Shown: positions 37,121 to 57,738 of the stretch, piece after piece | How positions within the stretch are numbered: position 1 is the stretch's first letter | How the letters are laid out: every line of letters starts with the position of its first letter | Assembly: GCA_051294375.1 (NCBI GenBank) | Contig: CM119265.1 | Coordinates: 3,446,710 to 3,510,709 of the forward strand | From: Paraspadella gotoi | Lineage: Eukaryota > Animalia > Chaetognatha | DNA length: 64,000 nucleotides | Reading direction: 5' to 3' | Translations under genes and position numbers: made by a program | The notes under the pieces: model-generated | Database searches by the model: none | What the model was told of the DNA's origin: nothing | The model's input: only the letters and a program-made list of their open reading frames with translations

Positions 37121-37503
37121 CGTTCATCGTCATCATTTGTCGTTCGACAATTTTCGTTGTTTCGTCATTCGCCATTGTCGTTCGTCGTTGTATTTCTTGG
37201 TCGTCGTCGTCGTTCGTCTTCGTCGTTCGTCTTCGTCTTCGTCGTCGTTCGTCCTTTTTTCATTGTTGTCTTCGTCCTCCTCGACTGACTTTGCGTCTTG
37301 ACTTTCAAGGCTTGACCAAAACGATTATCTTCCGACCGGAGGAAGAGGAGGAAAGGAAAGAGAGGGAGGAAAGGAAAGAGATGGAGGAAAGGAAAACGGA
37401 TTGAAAGGAAGAAAAAAAGGAAAAGAAAAGAAAAAGCTTTGGAGGCGATGGGGGGAGGGGGAGAGAATCAGTGAAACGTGAAAAAGAATAGACGGTGAAG
37501 GTA

Positions 37504-37620
<117 letters not shown>

Positions 37621-38081
37621 AAAAAAAGAAAGAAAGAAAGAAAATCAAACTGGAAAAAAAGAAATCAAACTGTCAATCAATCAATCAATCAATATACGTA
37701 TAAGTTAATAAATAGAAAATATAAAGAAAATATAAAGAAATAAAAGAATTCAGGGAATGTAAAATTGAATAAAGAGATATAAATCAATGTAGATATTACT
37801 ACTATGTATATTTTAAGGGAAAAAATCACGAGATGTCATTTATTTGTATTTTTTTCAAGACGTTAAGACGCCGACACTGTCTGTGTTGACTTTCCTCGCC
37901 TCCTGATCTTTGCACAATCTGTCTCTCTCTCTCTCTCTGCCTCTCTCTTTCTTTCTCCCTCAATGCTGCTCTCTCTCTTCATCTCGTCTGCCTCTCTCTC
38001 TCCTCTCTTCCTCTCTCTGCCTCTCTCTCTCTCTGCCTCGTCCTCTCTCTCTCTCTCTTCTCCCTCTCCCTCAATCTCTCG

Positions 38082-38131
<50 letters not shown>

Positions 38132-38159
38132 CCTCAACTCTCTCTCTCTCTCTCTCTCG

Positions 38160-38222
<63 letters not shown>

Positions 38223-38384
38223 GCTCTACGCTCCTTATCTATCTATCTCTCTCTCTCAGCGAAGAAGTGAATTATGCATAAATTAAATTCACATTTTCGA
38301 TTCACGTTTTCCCTTTTGTTTATCCGTCGGGCGCTCAGGATGAAACTCGCTAGCCAGACCTGGCGTGAATCTTTGGGGAATAAC

Positions 38385-38491
<107 letters not shown>

Positions 38492-38696
38492 AAACCTCGC
38501 CTCTACCAAAGCGGCGGACGTATAAAAGGAACGTTTTGTTCCGTCGTCGTCGTCATGTATTCATATATATAAATAAACAATAAAGAACAACAATAAAAAT
38601 TAATTCATTTCTATTATTTCTTTTTCCTTAATCTTTGATTCTGTTTGTCATCTAATTTGTAAACCGTCCTCGAAGTAGGCGATTTGAGAAGGTGAA

Positions 38697-38782
<86 letters not shown>

Positions 38783-38920
38783 AGAGAGAGAGAGAGAGCT
38801 CCGCGGCAAAGGATTTGATGCCTGGATAATTAAACTGAAAAACGAGAAGATTTAATGAATCTTTTCTTTTTATTTTCTTATTCCTTTGGATTTTCGTTAT
38901 GTGGAGAGGTGATATGAGGA

Positions 38921-38985
<65 letters not shown>

Positions 38986-40872
38986 AGAGAGAGAATGCAA
39001 ATCGAGGGCCAAAGAGGGAGAGCGAGTGGCTTCCAAAGAGAAAAGAAAGACCTTGAGATTTTTCCTTCTTTTCTCTTTTCTCGTTCAGAATCTTTAATTT
39101 GGCGTTAAGTCAAAGGTCGCGGGATTGGGTGGGAATTGGGTGGGGATTGGGTGGGGATAGAATTGGGGATTTGATGGGGATAGGGAAAAGGACTGGGGAG
39201 GAAAGATTGTGTGGGAAGTGGATTAGAAATTGGGAATATCAATACTAAAAGGTATCAGTTTTGATGAGTAAATTTATTCCAACTACCCGGTCAATGGTCA
39301 TGCATGTTACATGCATAAAATATGTACGTACCTTCATTAATGTTAATTATTTAATTTCTTAATTCTTTTAAATTCACACATTCTCACACATAAAATTCGC
39401 TTTTAAGACGGAAATTTCTCCTCTGTTGTTGTAGTTCAGAATGTTAAAGTTGATTGATTGTTCACTAGTTTAGTTTTGTACGACGAAGCTCGTTGCTATA
39501 AATCTTCCGTTCTCCTCCGTGAAAATTCGCGTCCGGTGATGATCACGATGCGACGGCGCGTCTGACAGTTTACGTCACTCTTTGCGTTCGACTCAAGCTT
39601 CTACCTAGTCGACAACACTGAAGAGATTAACCTCTCATTCCCCTTTCGTCTTCTCACTCTAATCTTTGCAGGTCCCCCAGCCGTCTCTTCCTCTCTGGGT
39701 CCCTCTTTTTATCTATCATCGCCGTCTATCTCCGGCAAGCTCTTGTAACTCGGTCCCCCTGTCTCTTCTCTCTACCTCTCTCTCTCGTCCGCTCGCCTCT
39801 CATCTCATCTTCTCTCTCTCTCTCTCTCTCTCGTCTCTCCTCTCTGCTCTCTCTCTCCCCCTATCGTTGCCACTCAACACCCTCGTCCGTCCTCGTCTCC
39901 TTCAACGTTCCTTACCATATTTACTCACCCTCGACCGACCAAAAAATCTTTCGCCCTCACGAAAAAAAAAAGAAAAAAAAGAAAAAAGAAAAAAAAAGGG
40001 AAAGTTTTGACTTTGAATATGACGTCGATTTACGGTTCGATGAAGAAGAGGGGGCGGAGGGGGGGCGGAGAGGGGGGAATGGGGGAGGGGGAGTGGAGTA
40101 GGGGAGGAGGGAAGAGGGGAGGGGGAGAGGAGGAGGAGGGGAGGGGCGGCTAAGGAGAAGGAGGATTGGGGTGGAAAATTCTGGGGTTATGGTGGAAATT
40201 CGAATAAAAAAGGGAGAGGAAACCGTGTAGATCTCGTCACAATAGAAGGTGAGTCTCGGTAAGGAGAAATAGGAGGAAAAAGGAAAGGGAAACGAGAAAG
40301 AAGGAAAAAGGAAAAAGAAAAAGGAAGAAAGGAAAGAGAAAATATAAAAAGGAAAAAAGGAAAGAGAAAATAGAAAGAGGAAAAACGGAAAGAGAAAAGA
40401 GAAAAAGGAAATTGAAAAAAGAAAAAAGAAAGAGAAAGCGGAGCGCGTCTGCAAGGGATTTTGGTCGATGAGGAAACCTGGGATGAAGGCAACATTTTTG
40501 TGTGTGGAGGCCGGACATTCCTGTGTGACCGAAAGGGACCGACGTTTAAATAAATAGTCGAAAATTCAGTTACAATTTTTAGGCTCAATATTTCACCTTC
40601 AGACGCCGAAGTTTGGTTCGCGGGGAAAAAAAAGTTTCAGAATATTTAAAAAACAACAAAACAAACAAACAAGAAGAAGCCAACGAGGGAATCAGCTGCG
40701 CTAGAGTTTGATACTTTTTTCAAGCTTTTACTTTATTATAGTTTATTATAATATTTTAATAATAGTTTAATATAATATTAATCTCGTTACAACCGTATAC
40801 ATTTTTATTAGTAAAAAAACCAAGTTAGAGAAACCGGCGTTGAAAGTTGTAAGTTTTAGGTAAGTGAGCAAG

Positions 40873-41108
40873 TGTGGCAGCAAGACTTAAAGCTGCCTCA
40901 CTGCTGTCTGTCCTCAGCCTCGTCTCAATGGCTGACCAGGCTAAATCATCTCATTCCATCCTGGGTATCCCGGTTCTGGCTTAAATGTGACGGTGCCGGT
41001 ATAAACATGCCAGTGACAGGAGGCGGTCACTGAGGGTCCGCAGCCCCTACGCCAGTTGGTGAGATACCCCGCGCCCCGGGTATCACAGGCTATCCTCCCG
41101 TTGCCATA
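40873..41108 (+). mobile_element. Solo LTR, tRNA-containing TRIM family A
   Basis: TGTGGCAGC...GTTGCCATA inverted termini; exact 4-bp TSD CAAG (40869-40872, 41109-41112); family A core. Confidence 0.8.
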
Positions 41109-41853
41109 CAAGCTTGATATTGAAAGACCTAAACAGTTTCCGTAAACTTCGGGGTGGAGGAAATCCGGGTGGCCTCGGTCCTTGGAGGTTCGGATCCCGT
41201 GTTAGGGGGCGAATCCTGCGTACCCCCTAACGGGTAATGATGAGTGTGGGGTGACCAAAGGAGTGTCACTAAAAGTCAAGGCGTGGCAGAATTTCTCGCT
41301 CCAACCAGGAAATGATTAATCACGGGCGGCCGTGCATTAACAGTGCACCCTGGAATCTACACTGTAATAGATCAGAAGAGAAACACAATGATCAAGAACC
41401 ACGTAACCTATCAGTAACCCAACACCTCTCCTATAATCATTAATAACTCACGATTGCTGAAAGACATTGAAAAATAAATATCAATCAATGAATAATAAAT
41501 GAATAGATACGTGGTGAAATGTTTTATTTTTCAATGAATCAATATTCAAATGAATAAAAGTCCGATGATGAATCTTGACGAAAGTTTTTTCCCGACACTC
41601 GTCCCGTCGTCTTCATCGTCGTCTTCATCGTCGGCCGCCTTCATCTCCAGGTTTTTTGTTGGGAACTCCGCCATAATCTGTCGGGTCGCCAGATCCGCCC
41701 TTGATCAACGAGAAAAAAATTATGTATGTATTGAATACTTCGTTTGTTAACAAAAAATTGAGAAAAAATTATTAAAAAAAAAAAAGTAAATGCCAGAAAT
41801 CTGCGCCTTTGGAGGTAAGGCTAAGAGATATAACAATTTTTCTTGCCTTCCAC

Positions 41854-41928
<75 letters not shown>

Positions 41929-41980
41929 ACTGTCTATCTATCTATCTATCTATCTAACTATCTATCTATCTATCTATCTA

Positions 41981-42015
<35 letters not shown>

Positions 42016-42172
42016 ATTAGTACACAATTTTTCTATTTTAATTGTTCATTTATTCAATGACTTTTTAATCTTGTTATTCTTAGATACATAACGCTTCTGT
42101 ACGTCTCTCTTACGATCCTGTGATTGTATATGTGTTTTATTGACAATATGAGTATAATAAATCAATTAAAAT

Positions 42173-42222
<50 letters not shown>

Positions 42223-42718
42223 GATCTCTCTTTTTTCTTTTCTTTGTTTTCTCTTTTTTCTTTTCTCTTTTTTCTCTTTTTTCTTTTCTTTGTTTTCTCT
42301 TTTTTCTTTTCTCTTTTTTCTCTTTTTTCTCTTTTTTCTTTTCTTTTTTTTATTTTCTCTCTTACTCTCTGTCTCTCTCTTCATAACTCCTTTCGCTATC
42401 CGTACTCTTTTCTTCAATTGACAATTTTACCGGTTGTAAGACATAAAACTCCAGATAGCCAACGCCGATTGCTAAAAACAAAATGGCGACGATGACGATC
42501 ATTGCTTCTTTTTTTTTTCTATCTTCGTCCAGAATCCGTCAGAGGTCGTTTCAACTAACAGGTAAGGCGGTTTTGTGAAATTCATACAACCAATATGAAA
42601 GTTAAAAAGCTATCTTTTTCCCACAGTTAAAGTTGGGTTACGTCCTTCATCTCTTTAGGGATGGAAGTGGCAACAGTTTTGACCGAGTTGGATGAAACAC
42701 TCGGAAACTGGCTCGTGA

Positions 42719-42817
<99 letters not shown>

Positions 42818-43048
42818 ATTTCTTCTTGATAATCGTTTTACCATTAGATATGTATTCATGTTCCGTTATAATAATTATTATAAAGTCGTTGGTCGTTTAC
42901 TTACCTTTTTTAAACGCTTCTGACAGGTTTTTCTTGGGATTTAAATTTAAATAAATGTCTACAAAATTAAAAAAATGAGAAATATAATGAATTCTTCGTA
43001 ATTTGTACGAACTTTTTTTTTGGGAGATTTTTAAAGAATCGATTTAGT

Positions 43049-43111
<63 letters not shown>

Positions 43112-43288
43112 TTCGTCTTAGTTTCCGCTCTGTTGCCACGTTATTCGTCGTCTTGATTCCAAAAATAAAGCGGACAAAATTTTTCGTCGTTGTGTTTATC
43201 GCTTAACTCAGATATTTCGCCATCTTGATTGAAATAATCTCGGATCGTGTTTTGAAGATGTTTTGGGATTTTATGTTTTTCAGTCTCG

Positions 43289-43353
<65 letters not shown>

Positions 43354-44591
43354 CTCACATTTAGTCTCGTGTTTTTCGCTTATGGGTGTTTGAGCAGGTG
43401 ATTCGTATTTTTCGTCGAGTGTCACTTCTTTCGCTGTGTGTCTTTATCATTGCTCCATCATAGCTTTGTCATCTCTCTATTGTCGCTCTGTCATCTCTTT
43501 GATAGCTAAGAAATCTCTCTTTCTTCCTTATGTCTCTAATTTTTATGTTCGCGTCTTGACTTCGATTAGCGAAATTCTCATCACAGTTTTCTCATAATGA
43601 AATTAACTCTGATCTCAGTTACCACTCAGAGTATCTTTCAAATACTTCATATCCAATTTAGCGTCATAGTAAAAAATAGTAAGGATATCTGAGTATTATA
43701 GTTACTATTTTATCCCTTCAAAATTCTACTGCTTCTTTCCATTTTCTCATTTGCCTTAAGATGAGCAAAAGCAGCTCAAACTCATAGAGAGTTTATTACC
43801 TTCCAAATATTTTCTCCTTTTCTTCTATTTATTTCATTCACCGAGCAACAAAAACAACAGGCAACCTCGGTCAAAACTTGAGCCTTTTGACTGTTATTGT
43901 TATTAACAATAATTAAGAATATTAAGAATATTAAGAATATTAATCTTGTTGAAGAATAAAATCCTCTGAAACTTGTTGCGTCCACACGTGGTGAGCCCCG
44001 TGAAAAACAAATCAAAATAAAAACACACACACACAAAAAAAAAAGCATAAAAATATATCGCAACTCATTTTTTTTTTCGATGTCCCGGATATCGTAATAA
44101 CTAATAAGTATATAATAGGCTAAAATTTTAAAATAACAATTTTTAAATTTTAATAACGGATCTTTCTAGAATCCAGCCGCATGTTGAAACCAAGACCAGG
44201 ATAAGATTCGCGCTTGTTGCTGCAATTATACTATGTGCTAGAAAAACTAGATAAGTGTCGAGATCTAAACAATGGCAATTTATATATTGCTTGACACAGT
44301 GAACGAAGAAGCGGTTATTTAGTGGATATTTCAAACGATTTGTCTAATAAGTTTCATTTGTTCTCGATTCTACTCGAACGAGCCCAACAGGACGGCACCA
44401 ATGTTTTTGATTATTCCTTCGGCCTTGATGCTTGTCGTTGGATGATGGAGCAGGCTAAGAAAGTCTAAAATCAAATATTTATCTATTTATTGCGCGTTTA
44501 TTAATATAATTCAATTTACTTTATAATTCTGTCTGGTATGTGAACCTTTTGGTGAATATTTTTTTAAGATTCTTAAGTTTTATCAAAACTT

Positions 44592-44650
<59 letters not shown>

Positions 44651-45837
44651 TACCCTTTTTTGTGTAGACCCAAGGTCCGGAAACGTATCCCGGGTGCACT
44701 CAGTACCGGTTAAATCTATGTAAAAAGGAACCATGTAGAACTTTTATTAACTTGCACTAACTTTATTTAAACTCGACAGAAAAAAAAAACTCATATTTTA
44801 TCCACAATTTTTTCATGTTTTTTATTCATGAAGCGAAAATCGTTTCGTTTATGACACAAAGAGAAATACAATTCAAGTTTTTGCTCTTCATTCGTTTTTT
44901 ATTAAATCTTTTTTTTTCACAAAGACACACGAACTACGGATTTATATTTGTTTTGGGGAAAATGAAATGAAAACTGAAAAAACAAAATGAAGACGTGAAG
45001 TAATTACTTCTCATGAAGAGAAACCAGTCATAAGCGAGAGGCTACAGCGGAATATGGTTGTCGCTATTGACTAATTTGCTTATGCCCTACGTCTAAGATT
45101 TTAAAACCGCATTACGCTGTATTATTTTTAAAACTGTTATCGGATGAAAGAATTTTGTAACGAAGCAAAATGAAAAGGATAATTATAATGACAATAGTAT
45201 CAATACAACGGAGAAATATTCCTGTCTAAAAAACAGTTAAGTAAAATGACTCTTTTTTTGGTAATATATATTTTTCTAATGTGTTTTGATGATTCGCTCC
45301 AAAGAGGAAGGGACGAAAAAAGGGAAAGAGAGAGATTTTTATCATGGATTAAGAAAATCTTTTGAGGGACCCTACTATGAAAGTCTATGATAATGTACAC
45401 GTGTTTACAGTATTCGTTCTTGTTCTCCCTCCTCTTACATCGCGTAAAAGAAGATAAAGTTTCATTGCATCTGAAAAAAAAGGTAAGTTTAGGTTGATAG
45501 GTGGGTAGAGGTAGGTTTGACAATGAAGAGGTTTAATTAAGGTCTTGGGGCACTGGGTCAGCTTGTGGGGAATTTAGCGGGAAAGAGAAAACCAGACTTT
45601 CTATTTTAACTATAGATGGGTCTGCAGATATTTGCAGATATCTGCAGATATTTATACATTTCCGTCCATGATATGTCTTTTTAATGATATAAGTCATTAT
45701 CATCAATCATAAGCAATAGTATATCATCGGTAAACTAGGTTGATACAGTTAAGACTTCATCCTTCTGAACCTTTCTAATGATTCGATACAGTAAAACCAT
45801 CTCTTCGCCATCGATACAGCGAAAACCGTGATTCCAT

Positions 45838-51153
<5,316 letters not shown>

Positions 51154-53586
51154 CTGAGAACGGAACAGAAAGAAATCTTGAATTAATATGAATGAATGAA
51201 TGAATGAATGAATGAATGAATGAATGAATGAATGAATGAATGAATGAATGAATGAATATGGAATTAACATTAAAATAGTAAATAAATAAGCTTCGGCCAG
51301 TGCCTAAACTTTAAGATAAAATACTCAAAAGGGTTTGTTCCCAATTGTGACCATTTAAACAAGCAATACCAATTATACTTTCTATCGTATATTAACCTCG
51401 TCTTCTGTGTTTTAAACCAACTAGAAATCTTCATCAGTAGCGATCAATCTAACGTCAAACTGACAATGGAAACTTTCCGTCGACAAATCGTCGATATAAA
51501 CAAATTAAAAAAAAACAAACTANNNNNNNNNNNNNNNNNNNNNNNNNNNNNNNNNNNNNNNNNNNNNNNNNNNNNNNNNNNNNNNNNNNNNNNNNNNNNN
51601 NNNNNNNNNNNNNNNNNNNNNNNNNNNNNNNNNNNNNNNNNNNNNNNNNNNNNNNNNNNNNNNNNNNNNNNNNNNNNNNNNNNNNNNNNNNNNNNNNNNN
51701 NNNNNNNNNNNNNNNNNNNNNNNNNNNNNNNNNNNNNNNNNNNNNNNNNNNNNNNNNNNNNNNNNNNNNNNNNNNNNNNNNNNNNNNNNNNNNNNNNNNN
51801 NNNNNNNNNNNNNNNNNNNNNNCGTCGGGGCCGAAATCGAGTTAAACTCTGCGCAAATCGAGTTACTCTCGCTTTTATTTGGATTCTGCTGTCGACGCGT
51901 TCCTCCCTTTTCCTTTTTACTTTCCTTTCTTTTTTCCTCCCTTTTCCTTTTTACTTTCCTTTCTTTTTTCCTCCCTTTTCCTTTTTACTTTCCTTTCTTT
52001 TTTCCTCCCTTTCCTTTTTGCTTTTCTTTTTACTTTCCTTTCTTTTTTTCTCCCTTTCCTTTTTCCTTTTTTTTTTTACTTTCTTTTTTTTCCTCCCCTT
52101 TTCTTTTCACTTTCTTTTCTTTTTTCCTCCATTTTCCTTTTTATTTTACTTTCTTCATTTTTTCTTTTCCTTTTAACTTTCTCTTTTTCTTCTCTTTTTC
52201 CTCTTTTTCTTCTCTCTTCTTGTTTTTATCTTTGTATATCCTTTTTCCTTTCTTATGTATATTTCTTTTCCCTTCCTTTTTTCTTTATACTTTCTTTGTA
52301 AAATTATTTTTCATCTTTCAAATTCGTGTCTTCAATTTACTTTTCACTCCACTTCTTGCTTTTTTGTTGTGCGCCACTTTCGCCAAATATGACTATTCAA
52401 AATTTTTTTATTTTTTTTTATTTAAACAGATGAAAGCTTCTTTATTTTATAAATTTCTGATATTGTAAAATTTGTTTGGTTTTGTTCTCCACCTCCCCTC
52501 TCTCTCCTCTTCTTGCTTGTCCTCAAAATCTCTACACGGTTCCTCCCGACGACTGGATTTTTTCCAACGACGACGACGACGACGACGACGACGACCGAGA
52601 CGGCGACGTGTCAGCTAAATTATTCAGAGCGACAATAACAACCTTTCGGGTTTTTTTCCGCAAAACCGTTTGCCCTTTTTGGAAACCAAAGGGCGAAGAG
52701 GGGAGGAAAGGGATGGGAGGAAAGAAAATAGAGAAGAGGAAAGAAAAAATGAAAGAAGGAAAGAGAAGGATGAAAAAAGATCAAGGAAAGGAAAGAGAGA
52801 AAAAGAAAGACAAAAAAAGAGAGAACAGAGAGAAAAGAAAGGAAAGGAGTAAAGGAAGGAAAGAGAGGGGCGAAAAAGAATGGGAAGGAAAGGAAAGGGA
52901 AGGGAGGAAAGGAAAGAGGGAGGAAAGAAAGGAAAGGAGTAAAGGAAAGAAAGGGAGGGGAGAAAAAGAATGGGAAGGAAAGGAAAGGGAAGGGAGGAAA
53001 GGAAAGAGAGGAAAGAAAGGAAAGGAAGAAAAAGAAGGAAAGGAAAAGAGTTCGGATTTTGACCGAGAAACAGGATGTGACGCCGACTCGTCAAAAGTCG
53101 CGAGAGGGCGGATTTTTTGTTGTTGTTGTTGTTGTTGTCCCAAGTTTGTTTTTAGCTCAATCTATAATTTACTAAATCGGCGAATCCCTCCAAAGCCAAC
53201 TCAATTTTTCATGCTGTTTCGTTCGACTAATGGGTTGTATTCCGTGTCGTCGTCGTTTTCGTCGTCATCGTCGTCGTTATCGTCGTCGTTTTCGTCGTCA
53301 TCGTCGTCGTTTTCGTCGTCATCGTTATCGTTTTCTCATCTTCTTCGTTTTGTATCTTTACCAAATTGTTGTCGTCACTATTTTATTTAAATACTTTCAA
53401 TTTCATACATCTATCTTTCTTTCCTTCATCTTTCTTTTTTTTCCTATTTCTTCCTCCTCCTCTTCTTTCTTTTCCTTCTTCCCTTTTTTTCTCTCTCTTC
53501 CTCTTTCCCTTTTCGCTCAAATTCCCCCAAGATTTTTGTGGATTTAGTTCCGCCTCCTTTCAACGTCTCGACCCTTGATCTTCGTT

Positions 53587-53622
<36 letters not shown>

Positions 53623-53887
53623 CTGTCGACTCTTCGACTCGCCTGTCATGACTGCTTTGTTTCGCAAGAGAGCGAACACATCAAAAACGACGATGATGAA
53701 GGCGACGACGACAAAGATGACGAAAAGTACGACGACAATGACGACGACGATGAAGACGGGAAAAAGACAAAAAAAGAAAAGAAAGGAAAGGAATTTGAAA
53801 CTAAGAAAAAGAAAAGATTAAAAGTAAAAAACTCAAATTCATCAGAAAAATATCATACGCATTCTAAGGTTTATCCTGCTGTCCTCT

Positions 53888-53919
<32 letters not shown>

Positions 53920-56900
53920 NNNNNNNNNNNNNNNNNNNNNNNNNNNNNNNNNNNNNNNNNNNNNNNNNNNNNNNNNNNNNNNNNNNNNNNNNNNNNNNNN
54001 NNNNNNNNNNNNNNNNNNNNNNNNNNNNNNNNNNNNNNNNNNNNNNNNNNNNNNNNNNNNNNNNNNNNNNNNNNNNNNNNNNNNNNNNNNNNNNNNNNNN
54101 NNNNNNNNNNNNNNNNNNNNNNNNNNNNNNNNNNNNNNNNNNNNNNNNNNNNNNNNNNNNNNNNNNNNNNNNNNNNNNNNNNNNNNNNNNNNNNNNNNNN
54201 NNNNNNNNNNNNNNNNNNNNNNNNNNNNNNNNNNNNNNNNNNNNNNNNNNNNNNNNNNNNNNNNNNNNNNNNNNNNNNNNNNNNNNNNNNNNNNNNNNNN
54301 NNNNNNNNNNNNNNNNNNNNNNNNNNNNNNNNNNNNNNNNNNNNNNNNNNNNNNNNNNNNNNNNNNNNNNNNNNNNNNNNNNNNNNNNNNNNNNNNNNNN
54401 NNNNNNNNNNNNNNNNNNNNNNNNNNNNNNNNNNNNNNNNNNNNNNNNNNNNNNNNNNNNNNNNNNNNNNNNNNNNNNNNNNNNNNNNNNNNNNNNNNNN
54501 NNNNNNNNNNNNNNNNNNNNNNNNNNNNNNNNNNNNNNNNNNNNNNNNNNNNNNNNNNNNNNNNNNNNNNNNNNNNNNNNNNNNNNCCACCATCCACCAT
54601 CCACCATCCACCCTCCCCCTTCCCCCTTTCCCCCTCAAACTCGTACACACATTTTTTTTTCAAACATCCATTTCGTTNNNNNNNNNNNNNNNNNNNNNNN
54701 NNNNNNNNNCCACACACCAAGGACGAGAGATCCATTGCTCACTCCCGCACCCTACTGGCACCATGCCCTAATGCCTGCTCTCACCTTTAATTGCTTTGCT
54801 CCCGACTTTGTCAACGCCCTTAAATCTATAACCTTCCAGGGTTCCGGTAAAGCATCTCCCAATGACGCTCACACGAACCTTCATCCACTTGTTTTTTTGT
54901 CAACCCAATCTCTCTGAGCAGCACTCTTGCACCACTTTTCGACCACGCATCCACGCATCCACCATTCCACCACTCCCCGCTTCCCCCTTTCCCCCTCAAC
55001 ACTCGTACAGCACATTTTTTTTAAAACATCCATTTCGTTTTAAGTTGGAGTAAGAATTCGATTAAAGCGTCGGCGCTTTCGTCGTCGTCGTCGTCGTCGT
55101 AGTCGTCGTCGTCCTTTTTTATTTCTAAATTTTTTTTTATATTAAAAGCCGAGGAAAAGCGGATTATGAATTGGAAAATGGCGGGAAAAGTGGAAAAAAA
55201 CGACGACGACGACGACGACGACGACGACTAGAGTGACTATGATGATAAAAAATTCTAAATCTAGATCTAAATCTAAATCTTAATCCATATCCCAATCATA
55301 ATCTTAATCCTAATCTCGATTTTAATCTAAATCCATCCACACTCGTTTTCAATTCTCCATTTCAATTTAATTTCCGACATCTCTGCCTCTTAAATCTCGC
55401 TTTATGCTTTTCCAACTGAATTCGGATTTTAATCAAAGTTGCTTTTTTCCTCTTCACTTCCTCTTCGCAGAAACAGCAAACAAAATTCTCTCTATCTCTG
55501 CTCTCTCTCTCTCTCTCCGTCTCTCTCGGTCTCTCGTCGATCTCTACTCTCTCTCATCCATCATCTCGTCTTCTCTGCTCTCCTTCTCTCTCTCATCCTT
55601 TCGACAAAACCATCCTTTGGACCTTTTAAGTGTTCGCGGTAAAAATGGAAAAAAAGAACACTCCTCTTTCAACATCTTTCTCCCATTAATGTCTCTGCTC
55701 TCTCTTGGCGCGATCTCTTCCTCACTCTCTCTCTCAAATTTTTTCTTTAACATGAATTTTGTTTCACGTATTTTCTGACTCTCATCCGACATCTGTTATG
55801 TCTGCTATGTCTGTATATTCGTCTGGTTAACGAATCCATCTCCCTCTCATACCTCCCCGTCAACTTTCTCTTTCGATCATCCTTTTCTCTCTCTTCTCTC
55901 TCTCTCTCATCTCTCTCTCTCTGCTCTCTCTGCGTCTCTCCTTCTCGTACTTCTCTCTCGTAGCTCTCTTCTCTCTCTCCCCCTCCTTCCTCTGTCTGCT
56001 CGCGCTCCTCTCTCCCCACAGTGAGATTTATCGGCGCGCCAATGGTTTGATTGCGCCTTTCGCGCATCGTTCGACTGGCCAACGCAGCCACTGTGTACGA
56101 AGAGGAGGGAGGAGGAGGAGGAGGAGGAGGAGGAGGAGGAGATAAACAAGAGAAGAAAGGAAGAAGAAGAGGAGAGAGAGGGACAGTCTTCTCTTTTCCT
56201 CCTAATCCAGAATAAGGGGGGTGGCCACTCTGACCTTGATTTCTAATCATATCAAAGGCAAAAAATTGAAGGAAAACAACTTGAAACCGAATTAAATTTG
56301 GGGGGGGGGAGAGAGAGAGAGAGAGAGAGAACGAGGAGAGAGAGAGAAGAGAGAGACGAGATGAGACAGAGAGAGAACTTGGTGAATTCGTGACAAGAGC
56401 TAAGAGGGAAAAACTTTGAAACAGGGAATCAAGAACCTAACTAGAGATAGAGAGGAGAGACCGATTTGGAGTGACGAGAGCAGTGAGAGAGAGAGGAGAG
56501 AGAGAAGAAAGGAGAAGAGGGAGAGGATCGACGTGAATCCCCTCCGTTGTAATCTTTCCAATGTTATTTAATCGCACGTTGGATTCCTATTCGTGACGCT
56601 CGTCGTCCGTCGGCTCGTGATGGTTTTAAAATCGTGTTGGTTTTTCCTGTGAAAGACAACGTACAACAAAGCAACCGACGACCACGAAACCGACGAAGGC
56701 CTACTTCTACTTCTAATTTCATATGGAAAATCAAAAAAATCCTGTGAGAGAGAATAGAATTAAGGAACGGGGATCGGGAGAAAAGGAAGGAGAAAGGAAA
56801 GTCAGATGGTGGTAAATGATAATCGATGTAAATAGATAATCTATAAACTAATCCTATAAATATATCATTAGATAGGAAAAAAGAATAAAATAGAATAAAA

Positions 56901-57552
56901 AAGATTGCTCCAGGCAAATAGCAAAAAAGCAGAGATGAGAAATAGGATATAGTATCAAGACTTTGTTAGGAAACGTAAAGAGAAAATAAATGGGGAACCG
57001 TACAAAAAACAAAAAAAAGACCCAGAAATCAAAATCAACAAATCGAATCAAGAATAAAAGGAAACTGAAAAAGAAAAAAAAAAAACCAAAGGGAAACTTT
57101 GTCCCGAACGCAGAGGAACGCAGAAAGATGGATTTTCCGTATAGCGGGCCCAGGAAACCTAAAACGGTGCGTCGGGCCGCGTCGTCGTCGGTCGCTCCAG
57201 TCGTCCGTCGATCAGGTGCACGCTAGATTATATCCCCTATCCGTGGTTTGGAAACGATTTTGATATTTACGAGACTGGAACTGAATGTTGGGGTTTTGAT
57301 GGCAAGGCATCGCTGGTTTCATTCATGGAGTTGTCCGCATCGGGTCGGTTCTTCAGTACATTTCAAGTGTCAGAGAGATTAGTGTAGCGGCATTTTTGAC
57401 CAGGAAAATAAATGCGACGCACGAATACGTAAACGGCGCAAAAGTTTCATTCACTGGTAATTTTTGTGTTGGAGAAAAACACAAAAAACAGAATCTAAAA
57501 AAAGGATTGAAGCGTCGAAAAGTTAGATCCGGAAGTAAGAGGGAAGGAGGAA

Positions 57553-57713
57553 AGACTGACTGACTCACGGATAAGTTGAATGATAGACTGACTCACGGAC
57601 ATTTTGAATGATAGACTGACTCATGGACAGGTTGAATGATAGACTGACTCACGGACAAGTTGAATGATAGACTGACTCACGGACAGGTTGAATGATAGAC
57701 TGACTCACGGACT
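57553..57713. repeat. 28-bp tandem repeat, ~5.5 units, each with TGACTCA
   Basis: Unit TGATAGACTGACTCACGGACAAGTTGAA; TGACTCA at 57561, 57589, 57617, 57645, 57673, 57701. Confidence 0.9.
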
Positions 57714-57738
57714 GGAATATATTGTAAAGAATGCGAAA

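Noticed and set aside
44570-44647. Hairpin followed by ~50 T resembling an intrinsic terminator or retrocopy tail
   Set aside because: AT-only stem in eukaryotic DNA; no TSD or recognisable retroposed body.
51466-55040. Long ORFs across N runs and a duplicated segment at 54590-54677 / 54960-55040
   Set aside because: The ORFs are open only because of Ns; the duplication abuts gaps and is probably an assembly artefact.
57270-57420. Candidate gfi1 first exon / SNAG-like FLVK
   Set aside because: FLVK is not preceded by MPR; a phase-compatible MKPAMPCHQ.. exon is possible but has no other support.
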